A stretch of 64,000 nucleotides of DNA, taken from Alphaproteobacteria bacterium (GTDB lineage: Bacteria; Pseudomonadota; Alphaproteobacteria; UBA7887). Under the pieces are notes generated by a model. The model ran no database searches. It saw nothing but the letters and a program-made list of their open reading frames with translations, and was not told the origin of the DNA. How positions within the stretch are numbered: position 1 is the stretch's first letter; each line of letters starts with the position of its first letter. Positions 10,771-20,788 of this stretch are shown piece after piece. The stretch spans positions 672,001-736,000 of the forward strand of contig CBDCGL010000011.1 of NCBI GenBank assembly GCA_965216755.1, read 5' to 3'. Both the position numbers and the translations under genes were made by a program.

Positions 10771-12654
10771 ATGGCAAGGGTGTTAAGGTCGAGGACGAGG
10801 GTCATGCTGGGATCACAATCTGACGTACGCGAATTAAAGGCGAAGCTCGAGGCTTTGGACAAGTCTCAGGCCGTAATCGAGTTCGACACTGATGGAATAA
10901 TTCTTGCTGCCAATGAAAACTTCCTGAGCGTGATGGGGTATCGGCTTGATGAGATTCAAGGCCAGCACCACAGCATGTTTGTCGAACCCGATGTCAAAAA
11001 CAGTGCCGAATATAAAAGCTTCTGGGAACGACTCCGAAACGGAGAGTATCAGGCCGCGGAATACAAACGTATTGGCAAAGGCGGCAAGGAAATCTGGGTC
11101 CAGGCGTCTTACAATCCCATCCTCGACTCAGGCGGGCGTCCCTACAAAGTGGTGAAGTTTGCCGCCGATATTACGGACCAGAAGCTTCGCGCTGCCAGTT
11201 TTGAAGGTCAAATCGCAGCGATCAACAGATCTCAGGCTGTCATCGAGTTTGAAACAGATGGCACGATTGTCACGGCCAATGAGAATTTCCTTAACACCCT
11301 GGGCTATCGACTTGAAGAGATTCAAGGCCAGCATCACAGGATGTTTGTGGACGCATCCGAACGGGCCGGCGCCGATTATGCGCATTTTTGGCAGAGCCTG
11401 GGACGCGGTGAATATCAATCAGGGGAATACAAGCGCATTGCCAAGGGCGGTAAAGAGATTTGGATTCAAGCCTCTTACAACCCCATTTTCGATCTCGGCG
11501 GTCGACCGGTCAAAGTGGTGAAATTCGCGACCGATATTAGCGATTCGAAACGCCGCGCCGCGGACTATGAAGGTCAAATCGCCGCAATTGGCAAATCCCA
11601 AGCAGTGATCGAGTTCAAAGTCGACGGCACCATACTCAATGCCAACGAAAACTTTCTCAACGCCCTAGGATACAGCCTACAGGAAATTCAGGGCCAACAT
11701 CACCGCATGTTTGTTGACCCTGAATATCGCAATAGTGTCGAGTATGCGCAGTTCTGGCAGGCCCTCGCGCGCGGCGAGTACCAGGCGGCCGAGTACAAGC
11801 GAATTGGAAAAGGCGGCAAGGAAATCTGGATTCAGGCTTCCTACAACCCCATTCTTGATCTCAATGGTCAGCCCTACAAAGTCGTGAAATATGCGACGGA
11901 TGTGACGGCGGAAGTCCTGGAAAGACAACGACGCGCCGAAATCCAAAAAGAAATTGATATCGATCTAACGACCATGGCAAACGGGATCGCTGAAGTGGCA
12001 CAACGGGCGACGGCAGCGGCAGATGCTACGAATGAGACCTCCGGTAACGTGCAGGCTGTGGCGGCCGGTGCCGAGGAACTCGCTGCGTCGTTTAGCGAGA
12101 TATCGCGACAGGTCAACCAAGCGACCGAGATCACCACGGACGCCGTCCAAAAAGCTGAGCGCACAAACGAAATCGTATCGGGTTTGGCTGAGGCCGCGCA
12201 AACCATTGGCAATGTTGTCAATTTGATCAACGACATTGCATCGCGCACCAACCTTCTCGCGCTCAACGCGACGATCGAAGCGGCGCGGGCCGGCGACGCG
12301 GGCAAGGGCTTTGCTGTGGTGGCCAGTGAAGTGAAAGACCTGGCCAATCAAACCGCCAAAGCGACCGACGAGATCAGCACGCAAATCAACAATGTTCAGG
12401 GTGCCACCGAAGAAGCGGTCGGCGGGATCCAGGCAGTCGGTAGCGTTGTCGAGAACATCCGCGAAATCTCCACGACAATCGCCGCAGCAGTCGAGGAGCA
12501 GTCTTCTGTCACGGCGGACATATCGGCGAACATGCAAAGTGCCACCGGTGCGGTTGGGGGCGTGTCGACCGACGTCAACGAAATCGCCGAAGCAACGCGC
12601 CGCGTGGACGAGACGACCCGCAAAGTCAAGGAAACGTCGCAAGCATTGGCATAG
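10771..12654 (+). CDS. Soluble methyl-accepting chemotaxis protein with three PAS-PAC domains (BdlA-like)
   Basis: Three SQAVIEF...ANENFL...IQGQHH...WIQASYNPI repeats, then [34 protein letters not shown]; no TM. Confidence 0.95.
   Translation: MARVLRSRTRVMLGSQSDVRELKAKLEALDKSQAVIEFDTDGIILAANENFLSVMGYRLDEIQGQHHSMFVEPDVKNSAEYKSFWERLRNGEYQAAEYKRIGKGGKEIWVQASYNPILDSGGRPYKVVKFAADITDQKLRAASFEGQIAAINRSQAVIEFETDGTIVTANENFLNTLGYRLEEIQGQHHRMFVDASERAGADYAHFWQSLGRGEYQSGEYKRIAKGGKEIWIQASYNPIFDLGGRPVKVVKFATDISDSKRRAADYEGQIAAIGKSQAVIEFKVDGTILNANENFLNALGYSLQEIQGQHHRMFVDPEYRNSVEYAQFWQALARGEYQAAEYKRIGKGGKEIWIQASYNPILDLNGQPYKVVKYATDVTAEVLERQRRAEIQKEIDIDLTTMANGIAEVAQRATAAADATNETSGNVQAVAAGAEELAASFSEISRQVNQATEITTDAVQKAERTNEIVSGLAEAAQTIGNVVNLINDIASRTNLLALNATIEAARAGDAGKGFAVVASEVKDLANQTAKATDEISTQINNVQGATEEAVGGIQAVGSVVENIREISTTIAAAVEEQSSVTADISANMQSATGAVGGVSTDVNEIAEATRRVDETTRKVKETSQALA
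10861..11900 (+). repeat. Three intragenic 366-bp-period PAS-PAC repeats
   Basis: Units start at 10861, 11227 and 11593; the third diverges after about 11900. Confidence 0.85.
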
Positions 12655-12862
12655 CCTGGCGGCGGCCCACCAGCCCGAATGGGTCTACAGCAGCGACGCA
12701 TCAACAGAGATGGCGGTGCGGCATGCGGTCAAGCCTTTGATGGCTTGGCACCATGCCGGCTGCTGTCTCTGTATGATATTCGCGCCACGCAGAGGCGCGG
12801 CTCAATGAGGGTCACGCCTGTGGTCAACGATGATCTGACGGCTTTGAACTTGGCGGCCAAAA

Positions 12863-12939
12863 TGGTCGGAGTGAGTGGATTCGAACCACCGGCCCCTGCC
12901 TCCCGAAGACAGTGCTCTACCAGGCTGAGCTACACTCCG
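12863..12939 (-). tRNA. tRNA-Pro (anticodon CGG)
   Basis: Reverse complement CGGAGTGTAGCTCAGCCTGGTAGAGCA-CTGTC-TTCGGGA-GGCAG-GGGCCGGTGGTTCGAATCCACTCACTCCGACCA; 77 nt, T-loop and encoded CCA. Confidence 0.97.
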
Positions 12940-13021
12940 GCCGTCGCGGCGATAGATGCGAATTTGAGCTTAGGCGCGCTCTTATAACGGCTGCGAAGAC
13001 GCAGGGCAAGATCGGCCGGCA

Positions 13022-14017
13022 TTAACCCGGGCTGGGCTTGTTGGCGACCATTTGGTCGTGGATCCATTGGTATGTTTTCTCCAGACCGACCTCCAGCGTG
13101 ATACTTGGGGCCCAGCCAAGAACCCTTTGGATCAGTGTGTTATCGCTGTTGCGCCCGCGTACGCCCTTGGGCGCGTCCAATTTATAGCGGCGGTCCAGCG
13201 TGATGCCGGCGATTCCCTCGACAATGTCGACCAACTGGTTGATTGTCACCAGCCTGTCGCTGCCAACATTGAGCGGCTCGGTAAAGTCGCTTTGCATGAC
13301 GCGATCGGTCCCAAAGAGGCAGTCGTCGATATACATGAAACTGCGGGTTTGCTCGCCGTCTCCCCAAATTTCGATTTGATGGTTGCCGCTCAGTTTGGCT
13401 TCGATGACCTTGCGGCAAATCGCTGCCGGGGCCTTTTCGCGACCGCCGTCAAACGTGCCGTACGGCCCATAAACATTGTGATAACGCACGATACGCGTTT
13501 CCAAGCCGAAATCCTCTGTGAAATGCCGGCACATGCGTTCACTGAACAGCTTTTCCCAGCCATAGCCGTCCTCGGGCATGGCAGGATAGGCATCGCTTTC
13601 TTTGAGCGCCACGACGTCGGCGCTGGTCTGTTTTTCGGCTGCGTACACGCACGCGGACGACGAATAGAGAAAGCGCTTGGCGCCGCAGTCTCGGGCCGCC
13701 ATCAGCATGTGGGTGTTGATGAGAACCGACAGCATGCAGTCTGCTTTGTGGGTTTCGATAAACCCCATGCCGCCCATATCGGCCGCCAAATTGAACACCT
13801 GGTTGACCCCCTCGCTGGCCGCGTAACAATCCGCTTTGTCACGCAGGTCAGCCTGGATGCTTTCCGCCCCTTCACAGACCTGATACCACGCTGACAAGTG
13901 TTTGATATCGACCGCGCGGACGCGTTCATAGCCCTTTTTCAGCAGATCAGCGACCAGATGCCCGCCGATAAATCCGCCGGCGCCGCCGACCAGGATCAAG
14001 TCATTCTTATCCGCCAT
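13022..14017 (-). CDS. NAD-dependent epimerase, GDP-mannose 3,5-epimerase-like
   Basis: GAGGFIG, FNLAADMGGMGFI, SSACVY, YGWEKL, GGREKAPAAICRK, GVRGRNSDN. Confidence 0.88.
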   Translation of the reverse strand: MADKNDLILVGGAGGFIGGHLVADLLKKGYERVRAVDIKHLSAWYQVCEGAESIQADLRDKADCYAASEGVNQVFNLAADMGGMGFIETHKADCMLSVLINTHMLMAARDCGAKRFLYSSSACVYAAEKQTSADVVALKESDAYPAMPEDGYGWEKLFSERMCRHFTEDFGLETRIVRYHNVYGPYGTFDGGREKAPAAICRKVIEAKLSGNHQIEIWGDGEQTRSFMYIDDCLFGTDRVMQSDFTEPLNVGSDRLVTINQLVDIVEGIAGITLDRRYKLDAPKGVRGRNSDNTLIQRVLGWAPSITLEVGLEKTYQWIHDQMVANKPSPG

Positions 14018-14071
14018 GCGAACTGATTCCTCTGCTTTCCGTACGGTGTTATTCGGTGTCGTGGGCGTGAC

Positions 14072-14860
14072 TTAAAAGGCGCGTGTTTCGCGCCGCCGCA
14101 GGCCGACGCTATCCAGCGCCATATAGAGCAAGAACAGCGGCACGATGGTCAAATAGCGCCGCCAGAGGCGCCGCGGTTCCGTGATCAGCCGGTAGAGCCA
14201 CTCGAACCCGCCGCGTTGAATCCAACGGGGCGCTTGGGTTTTCGCGCCCGACAAGAAATCAAACGCGGCACCAACCCCGATCATGGCCGCGGCGTCGATT
14301 CGGCCCGCGTGATCGGCCATCCAGTATTCCTGTTTCGGCGTGCTCAGCCCCACCCACACGAAATCAGGCCCTGATTCATTGATCTGCCGGACCACGGCAT
14401 CATCCTCATCCGGTGTCAATGGCCGAAAGGGTGGCGAATAGGCGCCGACAATCTCGATGCCGGGGTACGTCTTGCGCAGGGCGTTGGTGAGTTTCTCAGG
14501 CACATCGGGCGCGCCGCCGTACAAAAAATGGCGGTAGCCCTTGGCGGCCGAGATCTCGCATATGGCTGTCATCAGATCGGGACCATAGACGCGGCCAACG
14601 TGCCGCTGCTTCTTTAACCAATTGACCCAGACCATCGGCATGCCATCGGGTGTCACCAGACCGGCCTGGTTAAAGATTCGGCGCAGCTTGGGGTCGGTCT
14701 GGCTTTCAATCACGCCATGCACGCCGGTGACGCAGACATAGTGTTTTTGGCCGCTGGTGACCCAGTGGTCCATGGTCGACAACGCCATGTCCATATTGAT
14801 TGCGCTGACCCCCACGCCAAGAATATCGACACGCTCGGGGGTCACGATTGTCGCTCGCAC
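14072..14860 (-). CDS. WecB/TagA/CpsF-family (GT26) glycosyltransferase
   Basis: TPDGMPMVW, RVYGPDLM, SPPFRPL, WVGLSTPKQE, GAAFDF, EWLYRLITEPRRLWRRY. Confidence 0.93.
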   Translation of the reverse strand: MRATIVTPERVDILGVGVSAINMDMALSTMDHWVTSGQKHYVCVTGVHGVIESQTDPKLRRIFNQAGLVTPDGMPMVWVNWLKKQRHVGRVYGPDLMTAICEISAAKGYRHFLYGGAPDVPEKLTNALRKTYPGIEIVGAYSPPFRPLTPDEDDAVVRQINESGPDFVWVGLSTPKQEYWMADHAGRIDAAAMIGVGAAFDFLSGAKTQAPRWIQRGGFEWLYRLITEPRRLWRRYLTIVPLFLLYMALDSVGLRRRETRAF

Positions 14861-15131
14861 ATTTCTTGATCCAGTTCGCAAGGGGCTGTTCGGCGGTGGA
14901 ATCGGGCGTGAGTACATATTCGAAGCGGTCGACGGGAACATGCGGACGACGCTACGACGTTCCTATAGCCTTAATATATTGGCTGCGCACCCCGCTGACA
15001 AAAATCAGGCGAGGTGACTGGCCGCCGGATCAACAGGCCGGCGCCTGAGGCGCTGATCACCGCGCCACAAAATCATAGCCGGCCGACATGTTATACCGAC
15101 ATAAGTGCGACGATTATGCGACGGAGCTTTC

Positions 15132-16112
15132 GTGAAGATCCTGTTTGTCAGCTACACCCGCGTCGGCGATGCCGTGCTTTCGACCGGCGTGCTGAGTGCG
15201 CTCGTCGCACGTTATCCCGATGCTGCCATCACCGTCGCTTGCGGTCCGGTCGCGGCGCCTTTGTTTACTGCCGCGCCCGGCGTGGTGCGGGTTATCCCGA
15301 TGGCCAAGCGCCCGTGGGCAGGCCATTGGCGCGAGCTCTGGCGCGTATGCGTGCGGACTCGCTGGGACTTGGTCGTCGACCTGCGCGATTCGGCGATCAG
15401 CTATTTGGTTCGGGCCGGCGCGCGTAAAGTGCTGCGGGGCAAGGGCGCGAATGTGCATCGCATCGTGCGCCTTGGCGCTTTGCTGGGTCTTGATCCGCCA
15501 CCGGCGCCAAGATTGTGGATCACAGAGGATGCGGTACGCCGAGCGTCGGCGCTGCTGCCAACGGCAAGAGTGGTGTTGGCGCTGGGGCCGACCGCCAACT
15601 GGCGCGGCAAGCAATGGCCGGCCGATCGATTTGCGGATCTCGCGCAACGGCTGACGGCGAAGGACGGCTTGCTCCCGGGGGCGCGTGTCGCGGTATTTGG
15701 CGCACCGGGTGAAGGGCAAGCCGCTGCCCCTGTTTTCAACGGTGGGCGAGGGGATGAGGTTATTGACCTTGTCGGCAAGACCGACCTTTTGACCGCTTAT
15801 GCCGTGCTGCGGCGGTGTGCCATGTTCATCGGCAATGATTCGGGACTGATGCATCTGGCCGCCGCCGCCGGCATCCCGACGCTCGGCCTGTTTGGCCCCA
15901 GCCGAGAGCAAAACTATGCGCCCTGGGGGCCGCGCGCCGCATTCGTGCGTACGCCTGAAAGTTATGACACACTCGTGGGCGGCGAGGGCTATGACCATCG
16001 CACAACCGACACGCTGATGGGCGGATTGACGGTCGATATGGTGTCCGCCGCGGCCCGTGGTTTGTGGCTGCGATGCGACAGCGAGGACGTAGAGGTGGAA
16101 ACGGGTGAGTGA
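15132..16112 (+). CDS. GT9 family glycosyltransferase (LPS heptosyltransferase-like)
   Basis: KILFVSYTRVGDAVLS, KQWPADRF, FIGNDSGLMHLAAAAGIPTLGLFGP. Confidence 0.92.
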   Translation: MKILFVSYTRVGDAVLSTGVLSALVARYPDAAITVACGPVAAPLFTAAPGVVRVIPMAKRPWAGHWRELWRVCVRTRWDLVVDLRDSAISYLVRAGARKVLRGKGANVHRIVRLGALLGLDPPPAPRLWITEDAVRRASALLPTARVVLALGPTANWRGKQWPADRFADLAQRLTAKDGLLPGARVAVFGAPGEGQAAAPVFNGGRGDEVIDLVGKTDLLTAYAVLRRCAMFIGNDSGLMHLAAAAGIPTLGLFGPSREQNYAPWGPRAAFVRTPESYDTLVGGEGYDHRTTDTLMGGLTVDMVSAAARGLWLRCDSEDVEVETGE

Positions 16113-16136
16113 CATCCGACAATGCGGTCGTTATTT

Positions 16137-16220
16137 CGGTGACAGTTTACTAAATACACCATATATAGATGATATTAGATCGATTATACTATATATTGCG
16201 TATTTAGTAAACTGTCACCG
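16137..16220. mobile_element. MITE/REP-like inverted-repeat element, copy 1
   Basis: Perfect 21-bp inverted repeat CGGTGACAGTTTACTAAATAC (16137-16157) / GTATTTAGTAAACTGTCACCG (16200-16220) around an AT-rich core. Confidence 0.7.
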
Positions 16221-17798
16221 TAATGTGCGGGGCAGCGCGATAACGAATGTCGCGCCCGGCCCGCCGGGCCGAAAGGCGATACGGCCTTTGTGGGTTTTCA
16301 GCATCGATCGAACGATGCCCAAACCCATGCCTGTGCCACCGCATTCGCGTCGTGTCGTAAAGAACAAATCGAAGATCCTCTCCGCGTTACCTGCCGATAT
16401 GCCAGTGCCATTGTCACGCACCGTGACCACAACCTCGCCATCGCGGCTCGTAGCCCGTAGCGTGACGTGGTCGGCCTGGTGCTGGCGCGCGTTGTCTATC
16501 AGGTTCGAGAAAACCACCGTCGCATTTTCCTGAGCCATGGCGATGTGGGCACCTGAGTCGCCGGCCACATCGATCGTAAGGTCTGGGTGAGCGTCGCGCA
16601 TTTGGGCGGCGATGTTGGCGATGGTCGTGATGCCCTCGCGCTGTGGATTGTCGGCGATCGCCAACACGCGCAGGCGGTCGACCAGTTGCGTCAGCCGCCG
16701 CGTATCGCTCATGATGTTGTCGAGAAACATCGCGCGGCGTTCGGCGGACATAGTGGCGCCCGAATCCCGCAGTAACTCCGCGGCGCCCTGAATAGACGTG
16801 AGCGGCGACTTGAGCTCGTGGGAAACGTGAGAGGCGAAACTGCTGATATAGTCGGCACGCTCCGACAATGTGTCCGACATTGCCAAAAAAGCCTGTGACA
16901 ATTCGACAATCTCGCGGCTGCCGTGGCGCTTGAGGGGTGATATGGCGGCCCGTTCGCCGCGTCCGATAAGGGCGGTTCGCCGGATCAGCTCGTGGATGGG
17001 CCCGGTGATGGCGCGCGAGAAAATAAAGGCGATGGCAACGGTCACGGCAAACACGAACAAGGCAGCCAAGAGCACTTGGTGCCGCTGCTGGTAGAGCTGC
17101 CGCAATATGTTGCTCGGCGTCCGAGAGCTGTAGATGACGCCGATGACATGGTCTTCGACGATCACGGGCGTTGCGACGAATACACGGATTTCTGTGCCGC
17201 GGCTCACCGATTTCACAGGCGGACGCGGTTGGTCTGTCATCCGGTGGCGCAGGGCGCTGGCGTGGGATCCATTGAGCGCCGCGTCGACCTCTGGCACATG
17301 GGCCAGTGATTGTCCGATCTCCGCACGGCCGGCAATGACGGTGCCGTTCGGATCGAGGATTCGAAATCCGGCGAGAGTGACATCCTGCGTGCCCCGAATG
17401 AGCGGCCCCATGATCTTGCCGATTTCAGAAAAAGCCGGATGTATTGGCGTCGACGATGGACGTGGATCACCCCGCGGTCCAAGGATCGGATCGCGGGCAA
17501 GGTCAAGCTGGGGAACGATGGGGTGGTACAGCGCCTCGGGATCGGGGCTTAACGTTGCGGGTATGCGGCCGCCGCGGGGCGTATTGATGGTCTGCCGACT
17601 TTTGAACGCTTCCCCCATGGCTGCGGCCAGCACTGCGTTTTGGCCAATCAGCTCGCTTTCGGCTTCATGGATCAGCTGATTTTCCAGCAAGCGGAACAGA
17701 AACAAGCCGGCTAACGGGAGTGTCAGCACAACCATGAGCACGGCCACAACAATCATGCCGAGGGTCGGTCGCCATTTTTGAACTGGTTTGGGAACCAT
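16215..17798 (-). CDS. Sensor histidine kinase, CreC-like
   Basis: Two TMs, HAMP, HELKSPLTSIQG H-box, NLIDNA, DNGTG, FFTT, GTGMGL; ATG overlaps the regulator stop (TGATG). Confidence 0.92.
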   Translation of the reverse strand: MVPKPVQKWRPTLGMIVVAVLMVVLTLPLAGLFLFRLLENQLIHEAESELIGQNAVLAAAMGEAFKSRQTINTPRGGRIPATLSPDPEALYHPIVPQLDLARDPILGPRGDPRPSSTPIHPAFSEIGKIMGPLIRGTQDVTLAGFRILDPNGTVIAGRAEIGQSLAHVPEVDAALNGSHASALRHRMTDQPRPPVKSVSRGTEIRVFVATPVIVEDHVIGVIYSSRTPSNILRQLYQQRHQVLLAALFVFAVTVAIAFIFSRAITGPIHELIRRTALIGRGERAAISPLKRHGSREIVELSQAFLAMSDTLSERADYISSFASHVSHELKSPLTSIQGAAELLRDSGATMSAERRAMFLDNIMSDTRRLTQLVDRLRVLAIADNPQREGITTIANIAAQMRDAHPDLTIDVAGDSGAHIAMAQENATVVFSNLIDNARQHQADHVTLRATSRDGEVVVTVRDNGTGISAGNAERIFDLFFTTRRECGGTGMGLGIVRSMLKTHKGRIAFRPGGPGATFVIALPRTLR

Positions 17799-18499
17799 CA
17801 ATGCGCCGGCGAACAAGGCCCGAGCCGAAAACCGACGCCATGCACCGTTTCGACGGCATTCTCACAACCTTTTTTGCCAAGCTTTGCGCGAATATTTCGG
17901 ATGTGACTATCGATCGTCCGATCCGAAACGTTGATGTTAGACGGATAAGCCGCTGTCATGATCTGCTCACGACTAAATGTCATGCGTGGGCGCGATAGGA
18001 TCGCTTGCAGAATGTTGAATTCTATGGCCGTCAGGGACAGAGACTTGCCATTGAAGCTGGCCGAACGGTGCAGAGGATCCATGCGCAGGGCGCCGATTTG
18101 TAACGGCGTGGGATCGTCGCCATGAGCGATGTGTGGACGCGCGCGCCGCAAGATCACGCCGATGCGGGCCACGAGTTCGCGCGGGCTGAACGGTTTGGTT
18201 ACATAGTCGTCGCCCCCAATCTCCAGACCCAAGATCCGGTCAATTTCATCGTTGCGTGCAGACAGGAAAAGGATGGGTACGTCGGAAGACTTGCGGATCT
18301 GTCGACAAACTTCCAAGCCGTCCATTTCCGGCAAACCGACGTCGAGGACGATCAGCGCCGGCGGCGACACGTCAAAGGCTTCCAGCGCTTCGCGCCCATC
18401 TTTGGCCGTGACCAGGTCAAATCCCGCTTTTTCCAAGGCGAAGCATATAACATCCCGAATATGCGGGTCGTCGTCGACGATTAGAATCCGGTGCATCAA
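17798..18499 (-). CDS. OmpR-family response regulator, CreB-like
   Basis: ILIVDDD, LDVGLPEMDG, DDYVTKPFSPREL, RTIDSHIRNIRAK, TVHGVGFRL. Confidence 0.95.
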   Translation of the reverse strand: MMHRILIVDDDPHIRDVICFALEKAGFDLVTAKDGREALEAFDVSPPALIVLDVGLPEMDGLEVCRQIRKSSDVPILFLSARNDEIDRILGLEIGGDDYVTKPFSPRELVARIGVILRRARPHIAHGDDPTPLQIGALRMDPLHRSASFNGKSLSLTAIEFNILQAILSRPRMTFSREQIMTAAYPSNINVSDRTIDSHIRNIRAKLGKKGCENAVETVHGVGFRLGPCSPAH

Positions 18500-18528
18500 A
18501 TTAGCTGTCCAACGGCGCGTTGCTCGTC

Positions 18529-20055
18529 TTATTCCCGAAACTGACCTTTATCTAAATAGTCTTTTAGCCGTTCACGTCGAAAACTCCAGAGCCGCCAGTT
18601 ATCTTGCTGATCGCGAAACTTTGTTGCAAGTTCTCTGCGCCCGCGTTCCAAGTCGTCAAGTTGCTCCCGCCACAGCCAGTCTTGCGGGCTGTCGTGGGGT
18701 TTCGGAGTCGCGTTGATTGCCCGATCGATTGCCGGTAAGGCGTGCGCACCGAGCGTGAGCAAATAGTCGGTGTCCAATCGCTGGCCACCGTTGGATGCCG
18801 CTGCCATGACATTGTGGTCAGCAATAATGAACGGCCAATTGGCCAAGCTGGCAGTGTAGAGAAGGGCGGTCAAGGCGACGACGTTGCCGCGAATCAGCCA
18901 CAAATTGGTGCGACCGAGAAAAATGCGCGCGAATATCAGCCCGAGTCCAATCAGTACCAGCAGCATCCATAGAAAGGCTGCGACCCGCCAATAGGTGAGG
19001 GCATAGACGTCCACATAAAGCCCCAATCTGTGGATGCAACTGACGACCAAGACCAAATTTTGACCCGTCCACAAAAGAATGAGAACCCGTTTGGGCAGCG
19101 CCGGTTTTGTATGCCCCTCGCCATGTGTCGCAAAGAGAACAAACGCGGCCGCCAACAGGGCCGTCGCGATGAGTGTGTAGGCGCCACGATGCGCGTAAGC
19201 GGCGTAGGTCATACCGTCAGGCAGACTGGCCCCACCCCAAAGATAGATCGCGTCAAGCGAGATCTGAACAGCAAACAGAATATTGAAAAGAACCAATGCG
19301 CGCACGATTGCTGCCTCGCCAAGGAAGCCATCGAGGTCAGTGGACGAGCGAGGCCGAGGCCAAGCGTCGGCAACTGACTTTATCCAAACCTGACCTTTCA
19401 GGCGTACGCGCAGGAATGGCCAACATGCCGCCAAGACAACGCACCAAAAAATAATGCGTGCCGGTTCGACCAGGTGGAAGAGCCGCGTGATGTCGATCGC
19501 CGCAATCGAAAGACTAACGACCGGGTTCGCGATCGTGAACAGTGTGAGGAAACAAAGGAGCAGCAGGATTGGCATCAACCAATTGGCGATGACTCGCCTG
19601 GACGTTGAATGCGCCCTGTTACGCCGTACCACTTCCAAAGTGCACGACAAGTCGGAGATCCACTGCACAAGACCACCGGCGATAAAAGCGGCGACATTGT
19701 GTAGCCATCCAATAATATCGGTCGTGGCGCGTTGGTGAATCATCAGCACGAATGAAATTACACCGATCAGACCAAAAAGAGCACTCAGGGCGTTGAGGGT
19801 CTCGACGCTGGGCAATGTGCCGCATATGAGCAAGAGTGAGCCTGTGGCGGCGTTGTCCATATGGAGATTTTCGACATTGACGATGGCCGCCGCGGTTGCC
19901 AATACCAGCCCAAAGATAGCAAAACTTATGCCGATCGGATGATGGTAAAACAGGCCATCCGCAAGTGCTGCAAGGGCAACAGCGATCACCAAGCGGGGGC
20001 GCAATCGAAATTCTTTGCCTGACCAGCGCGCGAGGGCTTCGGCTGGCGCGTTCAT
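18529..20055 (-). CDS. DUF4153/DUF4173-like polytopic membrane protein
   Basis: Many TMs; LFTIANPV, YLWGGASLPDGMTYAAYAHRGAY, RLGLYVDVYALTYWR. Confidence 0.8.
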   Translation of the reverse strand: MNAPAEALARWSGKEFRLRPRLVIAVALAALADGLFYHHPIGISFAIFGLVLATAAAIVNVENLHMDNAATGSLLLICGTLPSVETLNALSALFGLIGVISFVLMIHQRATTDIIGWLHNVAAFIAGGLVQWISDLSCTLEVVRRNRAHSTSRRVIANWLMPILLLLCFLTLFTIANPVVSLSIAAIDITRLFHLVEPARIIFWCVVLAACWPFLRVRLKGQVWIKSVADAWPRPRSSTDLDGFLGEAAIVRALVLFNILFAVQISLDAIYLWGGASLPDGMTYAAYAHRGAYTLIATALLAAAFVLFATHGEGHTKPALPKRVLILLWTGQNLVLVVSCIHRLGLYVDVYALTYWRVAAFLWMLLVLIGLGLIFARIFLGRTNLWLIRGNVVALTALLYTASLANWPFIIADHNVMAAASNGGQRLDTDYLLTLGAHALPAIDRAINATPKPHDSPQDWLWREQLDDLERGRRELATKFRDQQDNWRLWSFRRERLKDYLDKGQFRE

Positions 20056-20252
20056 CGAAGGACGGTTCGTTTTCTTGCCGCTGCATCTTGTCGGAGGCGA
20101 TCACAGCGGTGTTGACCGAGGTTCGTGACCGTCACGGCTCGGGGAGGCAAGCTCATGCTTGCACGCCCTGGCGCGACGAGCCACCACCCGTCCTGTGCGA
20201 GGCGATAGGGAATGCGACAGGCCGGTGGTGCGATGGGACGTCGTATGCTCAT
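20052..20252 (-). CDS. Possible small first gene of the DUF4153-creBC operon
   Basis: Stop overlaps the next start (ATGA); lies just downstream of the cre-tag-like repeat; no homology recognised. Confidence 0.35.
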   Translation of the reverse strand: MSIRRPIAPPACRIPYRLAQDGWWLVAPGRASMSLPPRAVTVTNLGQHRCDRLRQDAAARKRTVLR

Positions 20253-20317
20253 ATCGCGATCCTACCCGCCGCGGTTGCAGCTTGGGTCAATGACACGCGC
20301 AGATCACACGCAGTTTT

Positions 20318-20333
20318 GTGCAGTTCTTGTGCA
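20318..20333 (-). promoter_or_regulatory. cre-tag-like direct repeat TGCAC-N6-TGCAC
   Basis: Minus strand reads TGCAC AAGAAC TGCAC; same geometry as the E. coli CreB site TTCAC-N6-TTCAC. Confidence 0.55.
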
Positions 20334-20461
20334 GATCGAAACGGCGAGCGCGATTGGCGCAAGGGCACCGATGCGAATCGCTATCTGTATGAGGCCGTGG
20401 TAGGGTCTTAGCCAACCGATAACAAACAATCGCACCAAGCGCAGCAGCAAAGGACGACGTA

Positions 20462-20788
20462 ATGACTAAGTATGGCCGTGCCGTCTTCGGCGGCATTTTT
20501 TTTGTTGGTACGACTTTGTTCGCCCAAGGTGTCTTTGCTGCGGACACGGGAATACTAGAAGAAGAGTGTCATATACAACTGAACTTGGGTGATGCGGGTT
20601 GCGCCTGTGTGCGTGAGCGCGCCGACGCCATTTTGAACGACATGCAGCAGCAACTGGTAATCGCCATGGTCACCAAGGATCAGGCAGCTAGCAGTGCGCT
20701 GCGCTCCGAAATGACGCCGGACGAAATGGGCGCGGCGGCGGAATTCATGATGCAAACGCCCGGCGTGTGTGGCGGTCAAACACAGTAG
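20462..20788 (+). CDS. Small exported Cys-containing hypothetical protein
   Basis: AGGA RBS, signal peptide ending VFA, C-x10-CAC and C-terminal Cys. Confidence 0.7.
   Translation: MTKYGRAVFGGIFFVGTTLFAQGVFAADTGILEEECHIQLNLGDAGCACVRERADAILNDMQQQLVIAMVTKDQAASSALRSEMTPDEMGAAAEFMMQTPGVCGGQTQ

Noticed and set aside
8100-12863. Integrative element at tRNA-Pro
   Set aside because: No integrase, and I saw no duplicate of the tRNA 3' end by eye; only weak compositional hints.
15114-16115. Long antisense ORFs (333 aa here; also 13052-13894, 1366-2130, 35293-36111 and others)
   Set aside because: Shadow frames of well-supported genes in GC-rich DNA.
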